From the human T2T-CHM13v2.0 reference genome, Homo sapiens, in the NCBI RefSeq assembly GCF_009914755.1, contig NC_060931.1: a DNA stretch of 64,000 nt; one strand, 5' to 3'. Within the stretch, counting starts at the first letter, position 1, and the number at the start of each line of letters is the position of its first letter. The notes below the pieces were generated by a model. The model was not told the origin of the DNA. It worked only from the letters and a program-made list of their open reading frames with translations, and searched no databases. Shown here piece after piece: positions 45,981 to 60,879 of the stretch. The position numbers and the translations under genes are program-made.

Positions 45981-47375
45981 ATGTTGAAAACTGAGTCTTC
46001 AGGTGAACGAACCACTCTCAGAAGTGCCTCTCCTCACAGGAATGCATATCGAACTGAGTTTCAGGCACTGAAAAGTACCTTTGACAAACCCAAGTCAGAT
46101 GGGGAACAAAAAACAAAAGAAGGTGAGGGCTCCCAGCAGAGCAGGGGGAGGAAATATGGCTCCAATGTCAACAGAATTAAAAACCTATTTATGCAGATGG
46201 GTATGGAACCCAACGAGAATGCTGCAGTCATTGCCAAAACAAGGGGGAAAGGTGGACATTCATCTCCTCAGAGAAGAATGAAGCCCAAAGAATTTCTGGA
46301 AAAAACAGATGGCTCAGTTGTTAAGTTGGAGTCTTCTGTTTCTGAACGAATTAGTAGATTTGACACTATGTACGATGGCCCTTCATATTCCAAGTTCACT
46401 GAGACTCGAAAGATGTTTGAGAGAAGTGTGCATGAATCAGGACAGAACAACCGCTATTCCCCAAAGAAAGAGAAAGCTGGAGGGAGTGAACCTCAGGATG
46501 AATGGGGAGGTTCCAAGTCCAACAGAGGCAGTACTGATTCCTTGGACAGCCTTAGCTCCCGAACTGAGGCTGTCTCCCCAACTGTGAGTCAACTGAGTGC
46601 AGTATTTGAGAACACTGATTCTCCCAGTGCCATCATTTCTGAGAAGGCTGAAAACAATGAATACTCAGTGACTGGGCATTATCCCTTGAATTTACCATCT
46701 GTTACTGTTACAAATCTTGACACATTTGGTCACCTGAAGGATTCTAATTCCTGGCCTCCTTCAAACAAGCGAGGTGTTGATACAGAGGATGCTCACAAGA
46801 GTAATGCAACTCCAGTACCAGAAGTGGCTTCTAAAAGTACCTCTCTAGCTTCGATACCTGGTGAAGAGATCCAGCAGAGCAAGGAACCCGAGGACTCCAC
46901 ATCTAATCAACAGACTCCCGACAGCATTGACAAAGATGGTCCTGAAGAACCTTGTGCTGAAAGTAAGGCAATGCCAAAGTCCGAAATCCCTTCACCACAA
47001 AGCCAACTGTTAGAAGATGCTGAAGCTAATTTGGTTGGAAGGGAGGCAGCAAAGCAACAGAGGAAAGAACTTGCAGGTGGTGATTTCACCTCTCCTGATG
47101 CTTCTGCATCCAGTTGTGGAAAAGAAGTACCTGAAGATTCAAATAATTTTGATGGTTCCCATGTGTACATGCACAGTGACTATAATGTGTATAGGGTGAG
47201 ATCCAGGTATAATTCAGACTGGGGAGAGACAGGCACTGAGCAGGATGAGGAGGAAGATAGTGATGAGAACAGTTACTATCAGCCTGATATGGAGTACTCG
47301 GAAATTGTTGGATTGCCAGAAGAAGAAGAAATCCCAGCAAATAGGAAAATTAAGTTTAGTAGTGCTCCTATTAAG
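45981..47375 (+). CDS. PPP1R9A: Neurabin-1 (protein phosphatase 1 regulatory subunit 9A), first coding exon, codons 1-465
   Basis: MLKTESSGERTTLRSASPHRNAY...RGRKYGSNVNRIKNLFMQM actin-binding N-terminus; RKIKF PP1-docking motif at 47343-47357; phase-0 donor AAG|GTAAGT at 47376; A at -3 of the ATG. Confidence 0.98.
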
Positions 47376-50300
47376 GTAAGTGTGTTTTCTCCATTTTGTT
47401 TTCTAAATTTGTTTTTAGTACTAGGGCCTAATTGTATGTAGAATAGACTTGACAACTAGTAGGAGTTTTTGTAAGGGATTCAAGATTGTTGATACCTTTA
47501 AAATCACCTGTTGTCAGGTGATTTTAAAAGTTCAGAGTTTGAGAGATATCAATTACATTTCTTAAATGTGCTTTATAATGGCATACATCAATAGTGAGTA
47601 ATATTAAAGCTGAAGAAGTTCGGGAATTGTGAGATACGTTCCAATGAACTGGAGTATGAGTATTGTGAGTACTGAAAACCAGGAGTGTTAGTTTGAAATG
47701 TAATTACTTTAGTTTTACCTAAAATTATTCATAAATAATATTTTCTGAATGTACACACTTTAAGGTATGAAGTATAATGTACAATGGGAGAGTTTTGGTA
47801 ATCTGGGAATAATATTCGATTTACTTTCTTAAAAAAATCTGAGTTATTAAGTGTAAGTGGATTGTGAGGAATTTTGTTGGAACTTTTTTTGGGGGGTACT
47901 GCTAGTTGGTGGTGAAAATTTAATTTATGGAAATATATTAGCTGACTTAAATACTTTGAAAAGCTTTGACTGTAAACAGTCTGAGTTCAAAATTTGTTAC
48001 ATAGCTTTAAAATGAATTTTTTGAAAGAAATAACATTGATTTGCCATTCATGGATTTATTTTTACCTCTTAAAAACTGGATAAATGCCAATGGAATTCAC
48101 ATGCTCTAATGACTTCACTTAGTTAACATTTGGTATGGAAGAATAGCACAAAGTACATCAGCAGTGGGTGGTAGAATGTTATTAGTGGATAATGGCAATA
48201 GGGGCAGGAGGTGGTTGGTTGAGTACCAGAATCTCCTGGGGTGCTTTTTCAAAGTGTACTTGCCCACAGCTCAGTCCTGAGATGCTGGCATGCTCTCCTT
48301 GGGGAATCTGGAAGGTTATGGTGGCAGAATGTGTAGTTTTAGACCACATTCTAGGGGCTTCTAGCTTACACAGTGTGTATATATGATAGACTTGGAATTT
48401 GATATATTCCTGTAAATTTTCTCCTCAAAATCTAAAATCACTGTCTGTTATTTTCATTTTGGGACCTTCCATATAAGGCTCTAAAATATAAATTTACATA
48501 GAAATATTTAAAGAGAAATCTGACATTGTTCTGATTATGAAATACTATTCTGAAATAAAGTAATAATCTATGAAATTATTTACAGATGTTAGCAGGCAGA
48601 CTTTCATTTTATTAGTGTAAGGCAGAAGTTCTGGGTCAGAATGGGTCATGTTAAGTTAAACTGTAGTTTAAAATAAACTACAGATGTCAATTCAGTTTGA
48701 AAGTAAGTTTCTTTGCAGTGCTTTACCACCTTCCTTTGTGATTATCTCCTCCTGCCTTCCTATTCCTCCCCAACCCCCACTGCCCTACTCTAGATGGTCT
48801 TTAAAGGTGCCTTTCCCCCAAGCCTATCCAGTGAGCTCCTAAACTTTGCCATTCGCATCCCCCTTGAACATCATCTTTCTACCCTTTAGGAAGAAAGCAA
48901 TAAGATTAAATCGTTTCACATTGAGAAAGGCAGGAATAACTGAAATGAACTCTTCAAGGAGTTGTTAAACCCAGTGACTAACTTTTTAATACAAGGGATA
49001 GCAGCTTATGAAAATTTATCAAGTAGACCACTACCCAGTCAACCAAGTGGGACACCAGCCTGTATTTGGGTCCTGTGCTGCACAAAACATAACTGTGCAC
49101 TAGTTGGTTTAATGGATTTTAAAGGATTTATCATTGAAATGTGTCTGTTTATATGTGAACAAACCAGCTTTTTGGGAATGATATTTTGAAGTTCAACTAA
49201 TTTGTGCTATGATTGCTTATAACAATAAGTATTTTGCCTCTTAATTTTCATATAATGACAATTTTATCTAGCAAATAATGAAACATTACCTACATTTAAT
49301 GCATTTCATCAAGAATAAGATTTCTAAAACAAATTAGATCAAGCATAAGACTTGTGAAACAAAGATAATGTATTGCATTTGATTGGGCAGTTAACAGGAC
49401 TTCTTGGAGTGGATTAAGTTTGCAAACAGAAGATTCATTCTTAGCCCTTTGTAATGAATAACACAATTACTCTTTCTTGCTGCTTCCATTGTTAAATATG
49501 CAAGTGGATTCACTTGGAAAATTTGAGAGCTGCTTTCTACTGGTCATGGTGGTGGCCATAGTGTTTAGGTTATTCTCCAATTAAGATTTTTTTTGCTGCA
49601 GAGGGTGGTAATACCTTATTAGATCCAATTAAAGTATTTATTGAAGGCTTATCATGTGTGTTCTCTCATGCTGTTAGCTGAAGAAGACACAAAAATCTGT
49701 AAGGTTACCCCTTTCCTCTGTGAGTTTGTAGAGTCAATTCTTAAACACATTGTATTTAAAATCCATAAAAAACAGTATAAAAAACTATGCCAAAATTTTT
49801 AATGTCCTGTGAGTCCTTTAGTGGCACTTGGTTGTACTAAATGCATATAGTGAAAGGGATTTGATAGATTATTTGGAAAGGAATACATGCAACCATTTTC
49901 TATCTGTGTTTCTTTATTCTTTTCATAAAACTTTATTTATGGAATGGGAAGTTGCAATTCCTAACCTCAGTCTTTTCCTTTGAAGCTTAAACATACTTCC
50001 TCTTAAAGAAGCAACAGGGAATGTATTCTTTAAATAAATGATTTTTAGAACTTTTACATTCTTTTCCTGGCTGTCACTTTATTCTGTACTAGGTTAAAAA
50101 TTCCTAGCACCTTTAGTTTTTTGTTATAGATCTTATTTATCATCTTTGTATGTGTAATATTGTCCTCAGTGACTACTTCAGTTCTTTTTATAGATGTTTT
50201 ACATAGATATTTCCATAAGATGTCTTAAATCTGGACTTAGAAAAACATCAGAATAATAGTTGATCTTTCCTGTGTAGCATATACCTTGTACTTGTACATA

Positions 50301-51256
50301 TACCTTGATTTTTAAAAATGGTCAGACTGTATTGCCAGCCATCAGTTAGTATGACTTTCCTATCTTTCACAGACAGTTATTTCTTATTAGATAGATTGTT
50401 ATGTTTCATAGGGTCATGAAATATTAGAATGGGATTAATAATAGCAAATTAAAATCCAACTTTGAGATATGGCATGGGAGAATGTTATGGACCATGCTAA
50501 TTCGAGATGGAATTATGCCTTCATTTTCAGGAATTTTTCAAAATGAAAGGATTGAATTAAAGTAAATTTGTCTTAGATGAATCAAAACAAGAGAGGGTGA
50601 CATGTCATTTTTTTCTACTAATTCAGAACATTTATGGAGCCCCTAATATGTGTCAGGGACAATGCAAATATAACAAATACAACAAATACATAAAATGAGG
50701 AGCTGATGAAGTAAGGAGCTGCTGGTCGGTGGGACGTGTACAGCCCATTAAGGAAGCTCTCAGGCTGTTCCCAACTCTGTGCTTTGATGATCTTTCTAAG
50801 GTTGCTGCAGCCTCATTAAGGAAGTCACAACCTTTCTCTGTTTCTTATGTCCTTTGGATTGGTATTTTTTTTTCCCCTCAAATACTATTGTGTTACAATG
50901 GATTGTTATTCTTGAAACAGCATATCTGAAAAAGATTTTTCTAACTCACAGTAAGAAGGATATTGCAGAGTTAATATTGAGGTACATTGTGCTATATTTT
51001 GTGTTTTCTCAAATCATATGGAGCTTTACAGGATTAGAATTCAAATAATCAGCAAGGGCACCAGAGCTTCTTCAAACCTTACATGATAGTTGTTGAAAAT
51101 GGATCTTCTTGTATTCTCTCCCTTTTTGGGGGCTCCGAGTCATAGTTAGGGCATTCATGGATATATGAAGTTTTTTTGTTCAGGATGGTTTTCAGGGAAT
51201 AGTTCTGTTGAGATCCAACTTTTTGTCTTTGCGGAGGCTTCCTTTATAACAGTTTT

Positions 51257-52255
51257 GTCAGTGCTTCTTAAACTTTAATATGCATATGAATCACTTGGGA
51301 GATCTTGTTAGCATCAAGATTCTGATTCAGTAGGTATTCTATGGGAAATTACCTTGATACAATGGTTGAGCTACAAGTACACCAGCAGGCAAGCTATCTC
51401 AGAGGTTATGGAATAGAAGACTCAGAAAACAAATTAAAATGCTTGAATCACATGATTTACCAAACCAGTTAAACACAAATCCAGAAGCAAGAGGAAAGCT
51501 ATGGAGTAAGTTAACACACTTCAGGTTCAAACCAGGTTGGAAGGACCACGCTACCTGTCCTGGATAAACAATGTTCCTATGTCCCATCTTTCTTTCACAT
51601 AACCCTTCCCCATTAATGATGTGGTTATGAGGACCAGAGCTGATGTTTGAGCCAAGACTCCATAGACTAATGATTTCCTGGGTCGATGATACACACTTGT
51701 TCTGTTGAAGAGATGTGACAAATACACTTAGGTACAGCCGTAGCTTTGCTAGTTTGCCTGCTGATGAGCCATGGGACCATCCTTGGTGTCTTCAGTAGAT
51801 GACTGATATGGAAGTAATGTAGCTATCAGTCCAGGCATAATGGTGACTTGGTATTTCCACTGCTTTTTGTCTATAAGTAAATCTCATTCATTTTATCATA
51901 ATTTCTATTTATTTTATTGTTGTCATGTCTTACTCCCAGCTTACCTATTTATTACGCATCTGCTGACTGCCTTCATTTCACCAGCTTGCATTCTCATTAT
52001 CAATACTTGATAATGAGGCCTGAGTGTTGCCTCTGTCTCATAAGTTGTTAGTTTATTTACCATCTATGATTATCACTTCTTAAGTGTTTCATCCATCCCA
52101 TTAGTTTTGTTTACCTCTATAATAGAATTTCATATTCTGAAATAATACAGGAAAACCACGTTAACAGTATGTCTGGAGGGGAACCTTAGATTTTACATTT
52201 CTAACAAGCTCTCAAGTGGTGCCGATGCCGCTGATCAAGAGATCACTCTTTGGAA
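51257..52255. mobile_element. MER5A-like MITE in two halves (51257-51335, 52165-52255)
   Basis: gaatcacttgggagatcttgtta...gattctgattcagtaggt and gtctgg...catttctaacaagctctcaagtg. Confidence 0.65.
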
Positions 52256-52630
52256 TATGAATTTGAAGTACAATCTTCTGGCTTCTGAAAGTGGCTGGCC
52301 ATAGCATGTTAGGGAAGCAACATGTAATAAATTTCCTTTCCAGATGGGCTGCTATATCTGGTTGGGTGGAATAATATTCTCTGAAGATGAAATAAGGTAT
52401 AATCTTGTAAAGTGCATGAACACTCTGTTTCTGGATCCCAAAGTGGATTATTATCCTTAACTCAAGGCATTTGGGTCATTAAAAAGTCACATCCTAGGCT
52501 CTTTGTGTGGTTTAAGTTTTTAGTTATAAAAAGTTGGGAGGAAGAAGTTTTTAATGGAATCAGAAATTTCATTTCTTTCATTCTTTTGCAAGTGTAAATT
52601 AATAAACTTAGTATAAGAATGGTCATATGA

Positions 52631-52985
<355 letters not shown>

Positions 52986-53284
52986 GATGGTATAACATTT
53001 AAATTGGATTTCCTTTTAAATTTTTATGTTTTATGACCTATGCTTCATAACCAGGTAAATGAAATATGTCAAATATTTTAATATACTTTGTAAAATCAAA
53101 TAATGAAGATTTGTTGAATGAACCCCTTTTCTAAAATCCAGAGGTATAGCTATACTTTTAAACTGAACAGTGATCATTTAGTGTTTAAAAAGGGATTCTT
53201 TTGACAGCAGATTATTTCAGATGTTTACTGGTATTTATTTGTAATAGAAATATTTAAAGTTTCTTGTTTTTTGTTAATTTAATT

Positions 53285-53576
53285 AATTTTTTTTGAGACA
53301 AGGTCTTGCTCTGTCACCCTGGCTGTAGTGCAGTGATGCAGTCATGGCTCACTGCAGCCCTGACCTCTGGGGCTCAAGTAATTCTCCTGCCTCAGCCTCC
53401 CATGCAGCTAGGACTACAGGCAAGCGCCACCATGCCTGTTATTATTTTTTTTTTTTTTTGTAGAGATGAAGTCTCACTATGTTGTCTAGGCTTGTCTTGA
53501 ACTCCTGGGTTCAAGCGACCCTCCTGCCTTGGCCTCCCGAAGTGCTGAGATTAAAGGCATGAGCCACTGTGCCCAG
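53285..53576 (-). mobile_element. AluJ-like
   Basis: Antisense dimer. Confidence 0.9.
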
Positions 53577-54327
53577 CAGTTGCTTGCTTTTTGGATCATA
53601 CATACTTTGTGTTCCCTCTAAACTTTCTCACAAATGACACTAATTGTTGGGTTCATGTACTTGAAAGATAAGATGCCAAATTTGGAGGAAAATCACTTTG
53701 TGTTATGTTATCCATGTGTCGTTTACCTTGTTAACCCAGTTAATATGCCCATTACAAGTAATTTGATTGAAATCTCATCTGCATTAGATTTTTTTCTAAC
53801 ACTTTCTCTACCACTTGAAAACAAGTTTAGGAATTTTCATAGAGAAATATAGTTAGATGTGGGATAAATTCTGTATAAACAAAACAAACATTACTATAGA
53901 TTGTTGCTTTTTATGCTGTTATCTAATTTACCTGATATTTTTCTTGATTTTCTATGCTCTCATTTGGACCTATTTTCTTTTTGTTCTTTTGCTTCATTAT
54001 ATTCTATAGCTATGGTTTTGAAAAGGAAGAAAACTTTTCAAGTTATGCTTTATAGTTTTTCTTCTGGTCACTTTTACAGTTTTCTCCTGGTTCTCATCTC
54101 TTTAGTTTGTGACATAGACATTTAGAGATGAAATATACTTGAAGGTAATCTAGCGTCATTTCCCAGTCACTTCAGGAAGCCCTTCAGTAGCATACTCCTG
54201 ACAGATGATGTTTCAGCTTCTGCTTGAATAATTCTACCGATGGAGAGTTTATTACTTTGGAAGGTAAAAGGAAAGTTAGAAGGAGGGGCATGCTGGTGTG
54301 TGTAGGGAGGTGGTGCACTCACTCTTC

Positions 54328-54600
54328 TTTTTATTTAATTTTAATTTGCAATTTTTTATTAAGATAAAATTCAGGTAACAAAGTTCACCACTTTGAAGTG
54401 CACAATTCAGTGGTTTTTAGTATATTCACAGTGTTGTGCAGCCATCACTTTTATCTGATTCTAGAACTTTTTCATCATCCTAGAAAGAGACCCTGTGTCT
54501 GTGAATTGTCATTCCCAATTCCCCTTCCTTCTTCATCCTCTGGAAAGCAGTAATTGACTTGCTTTTTCTGTAGACTTACTTCTGGACATTTCTTACAAAT
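54328..54600 (-). mobile_element. L1M 3' end fragment
   Basis: aagtgcacaattcagtggtttttagtatattcacagtgttgtgcagccatcac. Confidence 0.8.
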
Positions 54601-55007
54601 GCTTTTAAAAAAGAATATAGGAGACTTGAAGAAGAATATAGGAGTATGGCTTGGAATATATTAAATTTAAGATATCAAAAGGATAGCACACTACAGGAAA
54701 GTCTAGAGAGCAATGGCATAAAGAATTTTCTTCTGGTTGGTGATATGGTCTAAAAGTTAAGTGGCATGATGTGGGAGCAACAAATGCTATCTGCCATTTT
54801 ATGTGTTTCATAGAGAGGAAGAACACATGAAGCTGAGGAGACAGTAGGATTCAAGAAGAATGAAATGTATAACTGAGGAAGAATAGGTTTATGTGGCTGA
54901 GAGGATGGCTGAACAACTCCCTTGCGTGGGACACCGCACTTCTCTTAATGTAATCTAAAATTGCTACACATGAAGCATGAGTGTTTGATTCAGCATAGGG
55001 TTTCTTT

Positions 55008-55309
55008 ATTTCCTTTTAGAGACAGGGTCTTGCCCTGTTGCTCAGGCTGGAGTTCAGTGGCACGATCAAAGCTCACTGCAGCCTTGAACTCCTGCGCACA
55101 AGGGATCTTCCTGCCCCAGCCTCCCAAGTAGCTGGGACTACAGGTGTGTGCCACAGTGCCTGGATAATTACATTTTTTTTTTTTTTTTTTGTAGATTCAG
55201 GGTCTTGCTATATTGTCTAGGCTGGTCTTGAACTCCTGGGCTCAAGTGACCCTCTTGCCTCACCCTCCCAAAATGCTGGGATTGTAGGTGTGAGCCACCA
55301 TGTCCTGCC
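55008..55309 (-). mobile_element. AluJ-like
   Basis: TSD CATAGGGTTTCTTTA. Confidence 0.9.
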
Positions 55310-57028
55310 AACATAGGGTTTCTTTAAAGGTACAAGTGGCATTGATGCTGAGTTTCATCTTTACATTGGTCTTTTTATAGCGTGAAGGAATCCTGTTCCT
55401 TTTCTAATAATCTGATGCTTATTTCTATCCTACTTCTCTTATATTGTCACTTTCCTTATTCTTTTACTTTGATTGGAATTGTTCACGGACAGCTTCACTA
55501 CTTTAAAATTTTTTCTCATCCTTCAATATTTCGATATAGATTTCCTGTGCCTACATGCTATTATCTGTACTGTAACCATCTATAAGATGAGTGATTTGAA
55601 GCAGATATTTATTTAGTTTACTATGTATTGTCTGTTGGAGCATATTACTATATAGTCTATATTACTAATAAATATCATTAACTAGTAATAATAATGGTAA
55701 CATCGAGAGGTACTTGATATTCTGTCAGGTTGGACAAGTGTGCCTCTTGAAGCCTTGAATTTCTTACCTGTAATTGAGGCTGTCTTACTTGTAATTTATC
55801 ACTAAGATTGTTTCTCGGCTTTACCATCCTGTAATTCTCTGTGTCTTAAACATATTTGTACTATACCATAATCATAAATATTTGTGCTATGATTTCAAAG
55901 AGAAAATTCTGGACATCTTTTGTTGAAATATCAAAATGAAAAATTTATGTTAAATTGTTCTTGAGAACAATAATTCTATAGATTATAGTAGAAACCTTAA
56001 AATGAGTAAAATATTAAGTCCATGGGAGCACAATTTTATAGAGTGGATTTTTAGAGCAACTTGACTTTTGAAAGTATGGGTTTAACTATATGTTAAAACA
56101 CCCTGCTGAGGAAACTAAGAATAAAGAAAGAAATGTTTTGTAATATAGTTGCTGACATATTAATTGCTTCACTCACTTTTGCTCTGGAAATAGCTTCATA
56201 GCACAGTTCAACATGATTGAAATATTGATAATTTTTTTTTTTTTACAGTTCCCGGTTTTCAGCCTAACTTACTCTTTCTCATGCACATATCCTTACAAAG
56301 AAGACAGCGAAATACAGTATGAAGATATCAGGAAATTTTATATTTTAGGAGGAAAGTTTTGTTCTTTGCTTACTTAATCTATTTCATTGGTATTTTTAAA
56401 AAGTATTTGTGGAGTTAAAACTGTTCACCAAGTATTTATGGATAATGGTAAATGAAACTGCTCACAGATCTGTTAGTCTCCTGCCCTCTTTTATAAGTCA
56501 GATGAGTTTTGTGCCGGGGAAAGCTAATCTTCCAAGTTGTTTTCCATGCCAGTTGAAATATATAGGGCTAGATTCGGACATAGAGTGGTTGGCAAGGGTC
56601 AAAAAGGTGAATAGAGTCATGACCATGAAGGTTTCTTTACAGGAATAAGCAGTGAGAATCTTGCGGATTAGGTCTTTGGTATTTCTGTCTTGATGCCTTT
56701 GAACTGGCATGACCCTATGAAACTGAGTGACCTGCATGTTGAGTCTGTTGCTGTATAGTAAGATGGTCTTTTCTCTTTTATTCACCTCGGATTTCTCCTC
56801 CAAAAATTTCTTTTTACTCCTCCTCTTTTAAAAATATGTAAGTATACAGCCTCATGGAGGCTACATTCATATCAGAAAATTGTCTAATCTTCAATATAAC
56901 AATCTTAAATAGTACTCACAGTCAGAGGTACCTTTTCAGGCTTGTGAAGAGTTTTCTTTTCATGGTTAGGGTCCACAGAGGAGAGGGAAAAGCAGGTTTA
57001 TTGGTTAGTTTTTAAGATCTGTTTTTGA

Positions 57029-57441
<413 letters not shown>

Positions 57442-57754
57442 TCATTGTTAATTGATATTATATATGTATAAAATTATTATTTTTTTAAATAACCCATTTC
57501 TCAGGGGGAAAGGCAAAACTTATTGTAGGATGTTTGAATGACACCTTATCTACCATTACCTAGAATGTGTTTATTTTTAGAAGTTTATTCTGTAGGTGGA
57601 ATAATAAAATACAGTAATTTAAATTATACACCAGGTGTTATATAATATTCTATGTCCAGAGCATCTATTTCCTTTTAGAAATCTTATCATTGAGCACTGA
57701 GCACTAAAACAAACAAACCTGTAAGTAAGTCTTTTGAAAAATAAAGGCTGGCTG

Positions 57755-57842
57755 GAAGATTGAGGCTGCAGTGAGCTGTGATTGAGCCACCACACTCCAG
57801 CCTGGGCAACAGAGCAAGACCCTGTTTCAAAAAAGAAAAAGA
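57755..57842 (+). mobile_element. Alu 3' fragment
   Basis: gaggctgcagtgagctgtgatt...gaccctgtttcaaaaaag. Confidence 0.8.
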
Positions 57843-60402
57843 AGGGCTGGGCCCGAAATCTATGATTTTCATATCTGTATTATATACAGTTTCTTGCTTA
57901 GCGTCTAGAATTACCTATTATTTAGGATAGATTCCTAAAAAAATATAATTTTATTAATTTATAATATTATTTATAATTTTATTAAATTATATTTAAATTA
58001 ATTAAAAATAAAATTATTTTAAAGCCCTTTATATATAATTCAGAAAGGGTGAATTATATTGTTATTGCCGGAATTGTTATTCAGAAAGGGTGTATTAGTT
58101 TATAATCAGCACTGCATTGGAATAGTTTTCTCACAATCCCTGCGCCAGTACTTAGTTTTATTTATATGCTTTGTAGTTTTCAGTTTGGTAGGTGAAAATA
58201 ACTGTTATAATTTCTACTTGATATATTGTTGAGATTGAAGATTTTTTATGTGCTTATAGGCTTTTTTGATATGACTTCTGAGTGGTTTTTATTACTTTCT
58301 AAATCAGTGTTTGTTAGTAAAGACTACATCAATGTGTTATTTAAATGAGTTGGTAAAAGTTAAAGCAACTCACATATCCAGTAATAGGGATATGGTTAAA
58401 TTCATTACGATAAATGCATATAGTATAATAGGATAAAGCTGTATTACTCATGTTTTCTAAGATTACTTAAAGATGTAAATACTTCATAGTAAAAAGTCTG
58501 GTTAAATGCTGAATATGCATTTCTGTCATATTTTTACTTTAAAAATATGTGTATTTGCACCTAGGACAAAGATTAAAAACACATACATCAAAATGTCAAC
58601 TCTGGTAATTTCTGGATTGAGAGAACAGTGATAATGTTAAATGAATGTATACTTTTCTGAATTTACTTAATTTTCTACAATAAGCATGTATTACTTCTTT
58701 AATTACATTAAAAGATAGTGGTGGGACACAATTGGAATGATCAGCAATAACAACATAAGGAAGTTAACAAAAACACTTTTTAAAATGCTGCCCCAAATTC
58801 TAATAATTAGTCTTTTAATGTACTTTTATTTGGAGGACAACATGTCACAGAAAAAAAATTTGGTTTAATAGTGTAAATTTATGTAACACTGAAGAAGGTG
58901 TTACTTTAAGAAAATGGATGAACTTTTGACAGTTGAATTCATTAAGTGCATATTTCTTAAACCTTGGTAAAATTGATCCCACATTTGTGGCTAACCTTGT
59001 AAGTATTATGGGGAAGGAGACCCTCCAATTCATTTTAAATTGTGATTATACAGCATTTGCATAGGCCTGAGATGTTTTCCTTAAGTTCGACTATTGTGTA
59101 TATGATATTCTAATGTGTTACTTAAAATATGCTTTCAAACACTGGGTATAATGAATTTGAAGTGAAACATATTTTAATGAGTAGTCTTACTAAAAATAAT
59201 AAACATGTACTTAAAGGAAACTTAACCATTTTCCCATGTGGCATAATGTCTTTCTGATGTCTTAGATTATTGAGCCTCAACAGGCTTGCTCTCTGTGAAG
59301 GTGAGACAGTGGAGATGTCAAGTTCATTATCTTGCTTATATATAATCCTTTGAAAAAACTCATGTACACACCCAGTTAAAAATAGGATTTTGAGTTCTAG
59401 GCCTCCACAGAATCCATTTGAATATGTTTCCTGTCCTAAAACACCAGCCAATATGTGGTTTCCTGTTGTTCCTCTTAAAAAACATATTAGTTGAAAAGAG
59501 ATTCATTTGATGTATGGTTAGACTATATGGTAGTATGTTATATTTTTAGTTAGAGTCAAAGGGTCAGTTCCTCTCATCTATTGGGTAATTTTCCACCTTT
59601 GAAAAGCTTTGGTAGATAATGTTGTAGTATATAAATGATGACAAACATATTTTTGTTGGGTGGCAGAGTTTTCTGAAATTGGAAGTTTAAATTATTGCTT
59701 TTTGTTTAATGAGATGAGCAGATTACTCTGATCTTACAGTTTTAAGCAGTTCTGGGATTTTATAAGTTCTGGTGAAGTCCTAATTAAATTGCCTTACAAT
59801 ATAATCTGGTGTTTGGATTATCACTTTTTGTTAAGTATTCTTAAACCTTACTACAATATGGTTGATAAATTCTGTTAATATTTTATTGTATACTGGGTTT
59901 CTAGTAGTGATATATAGATGATTGTATATAATTATAAGAACTATTTAAAGAAAAAGAGGCAACATTAACAGACAAACCATGTAAAATTTTGACTCTTTTC
60001 TATAAAATGGTTACACTGGAAAAAGAAAATTGGAGTTCAAGAAAAAAATAATTTCACTGGTTGTGATTTTGCATATTTATGTAAATTTGTGAATGATTTG
60101 AGGCAGTGATATCTTTTTTTAGTTAATCATGTACCCAATCAAGTTTGAGACGAGGCTTATGTTTTTCCATAGAGACTATGACACTTGTGGAATTTTTATC
60201 TTGCTGGCTCCTTCTCTGTATAACGAGTTCTGTGAGTAGTAGCATTAGTGAACTGGAGCTCCCTCAGGAGATTGTCCCATTTGCAGATGTGGCAATCAGA
60301 AGAGTTTTAGTTTGAGTTACTGGGTTTTGACTCTTATTACCTAATACAATTCTTTATTTATTTAGTTTTGAGATGGAGTCTAACTCTGACTGCATTATTA
60401 GC

Positions 60403-60693
60403 ATTTTTTTGAGACGGAGTCTTGCTCTGTTGCCCAGGCTGGAGTGCTGTGGTGTGATCTCAGCTTACTGCAACTTCCGTCTCCCGAGTTCAAGCGATTC
60501 TCCCACCTCAGCCTCCTGAGTAGCTGGAATTACAGGCACGCACCACCATGCCTGGCTTAATTTTTCTTTTTTTAGTAGAGACGGGGTTTCACCATGTTGG
60601 CCAGGCTGGTCTCAAACTCCTGACCTCAGGTGATCTACCCACCTCGGCCTCCCAAAGTGCTGGGATTACAGGAGTGTGCCACTGCGTCTGGCC
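60403..60693 (-). mobile_element. Alu (AluSx-like)
   Basis: Antisense dimer. Confidence 0.92.
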
Positions 60694-60879
60694 TACCAAA
60701 CGAAATTCTTACTCTTAATCTAGAATGAGAACTATTGAGAGTTCATCCATTAGAACCCTTGAAGCCTGTCCCTCAGATGGTTGAAAGTCTGTAGCTGGAG
60801 GACGGTTGAAATAAACAGAATATTGATATGAAATATTTCTGAAGGTATCCTTTTTCCATATCCTATATTTAACTTAGCT

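Noticed and set aside
46081-47340. Short alternative-frame and antisense ORFs within the coding exon
   Set aside because: 60-92 aa shadows of the real CDS with no independent support
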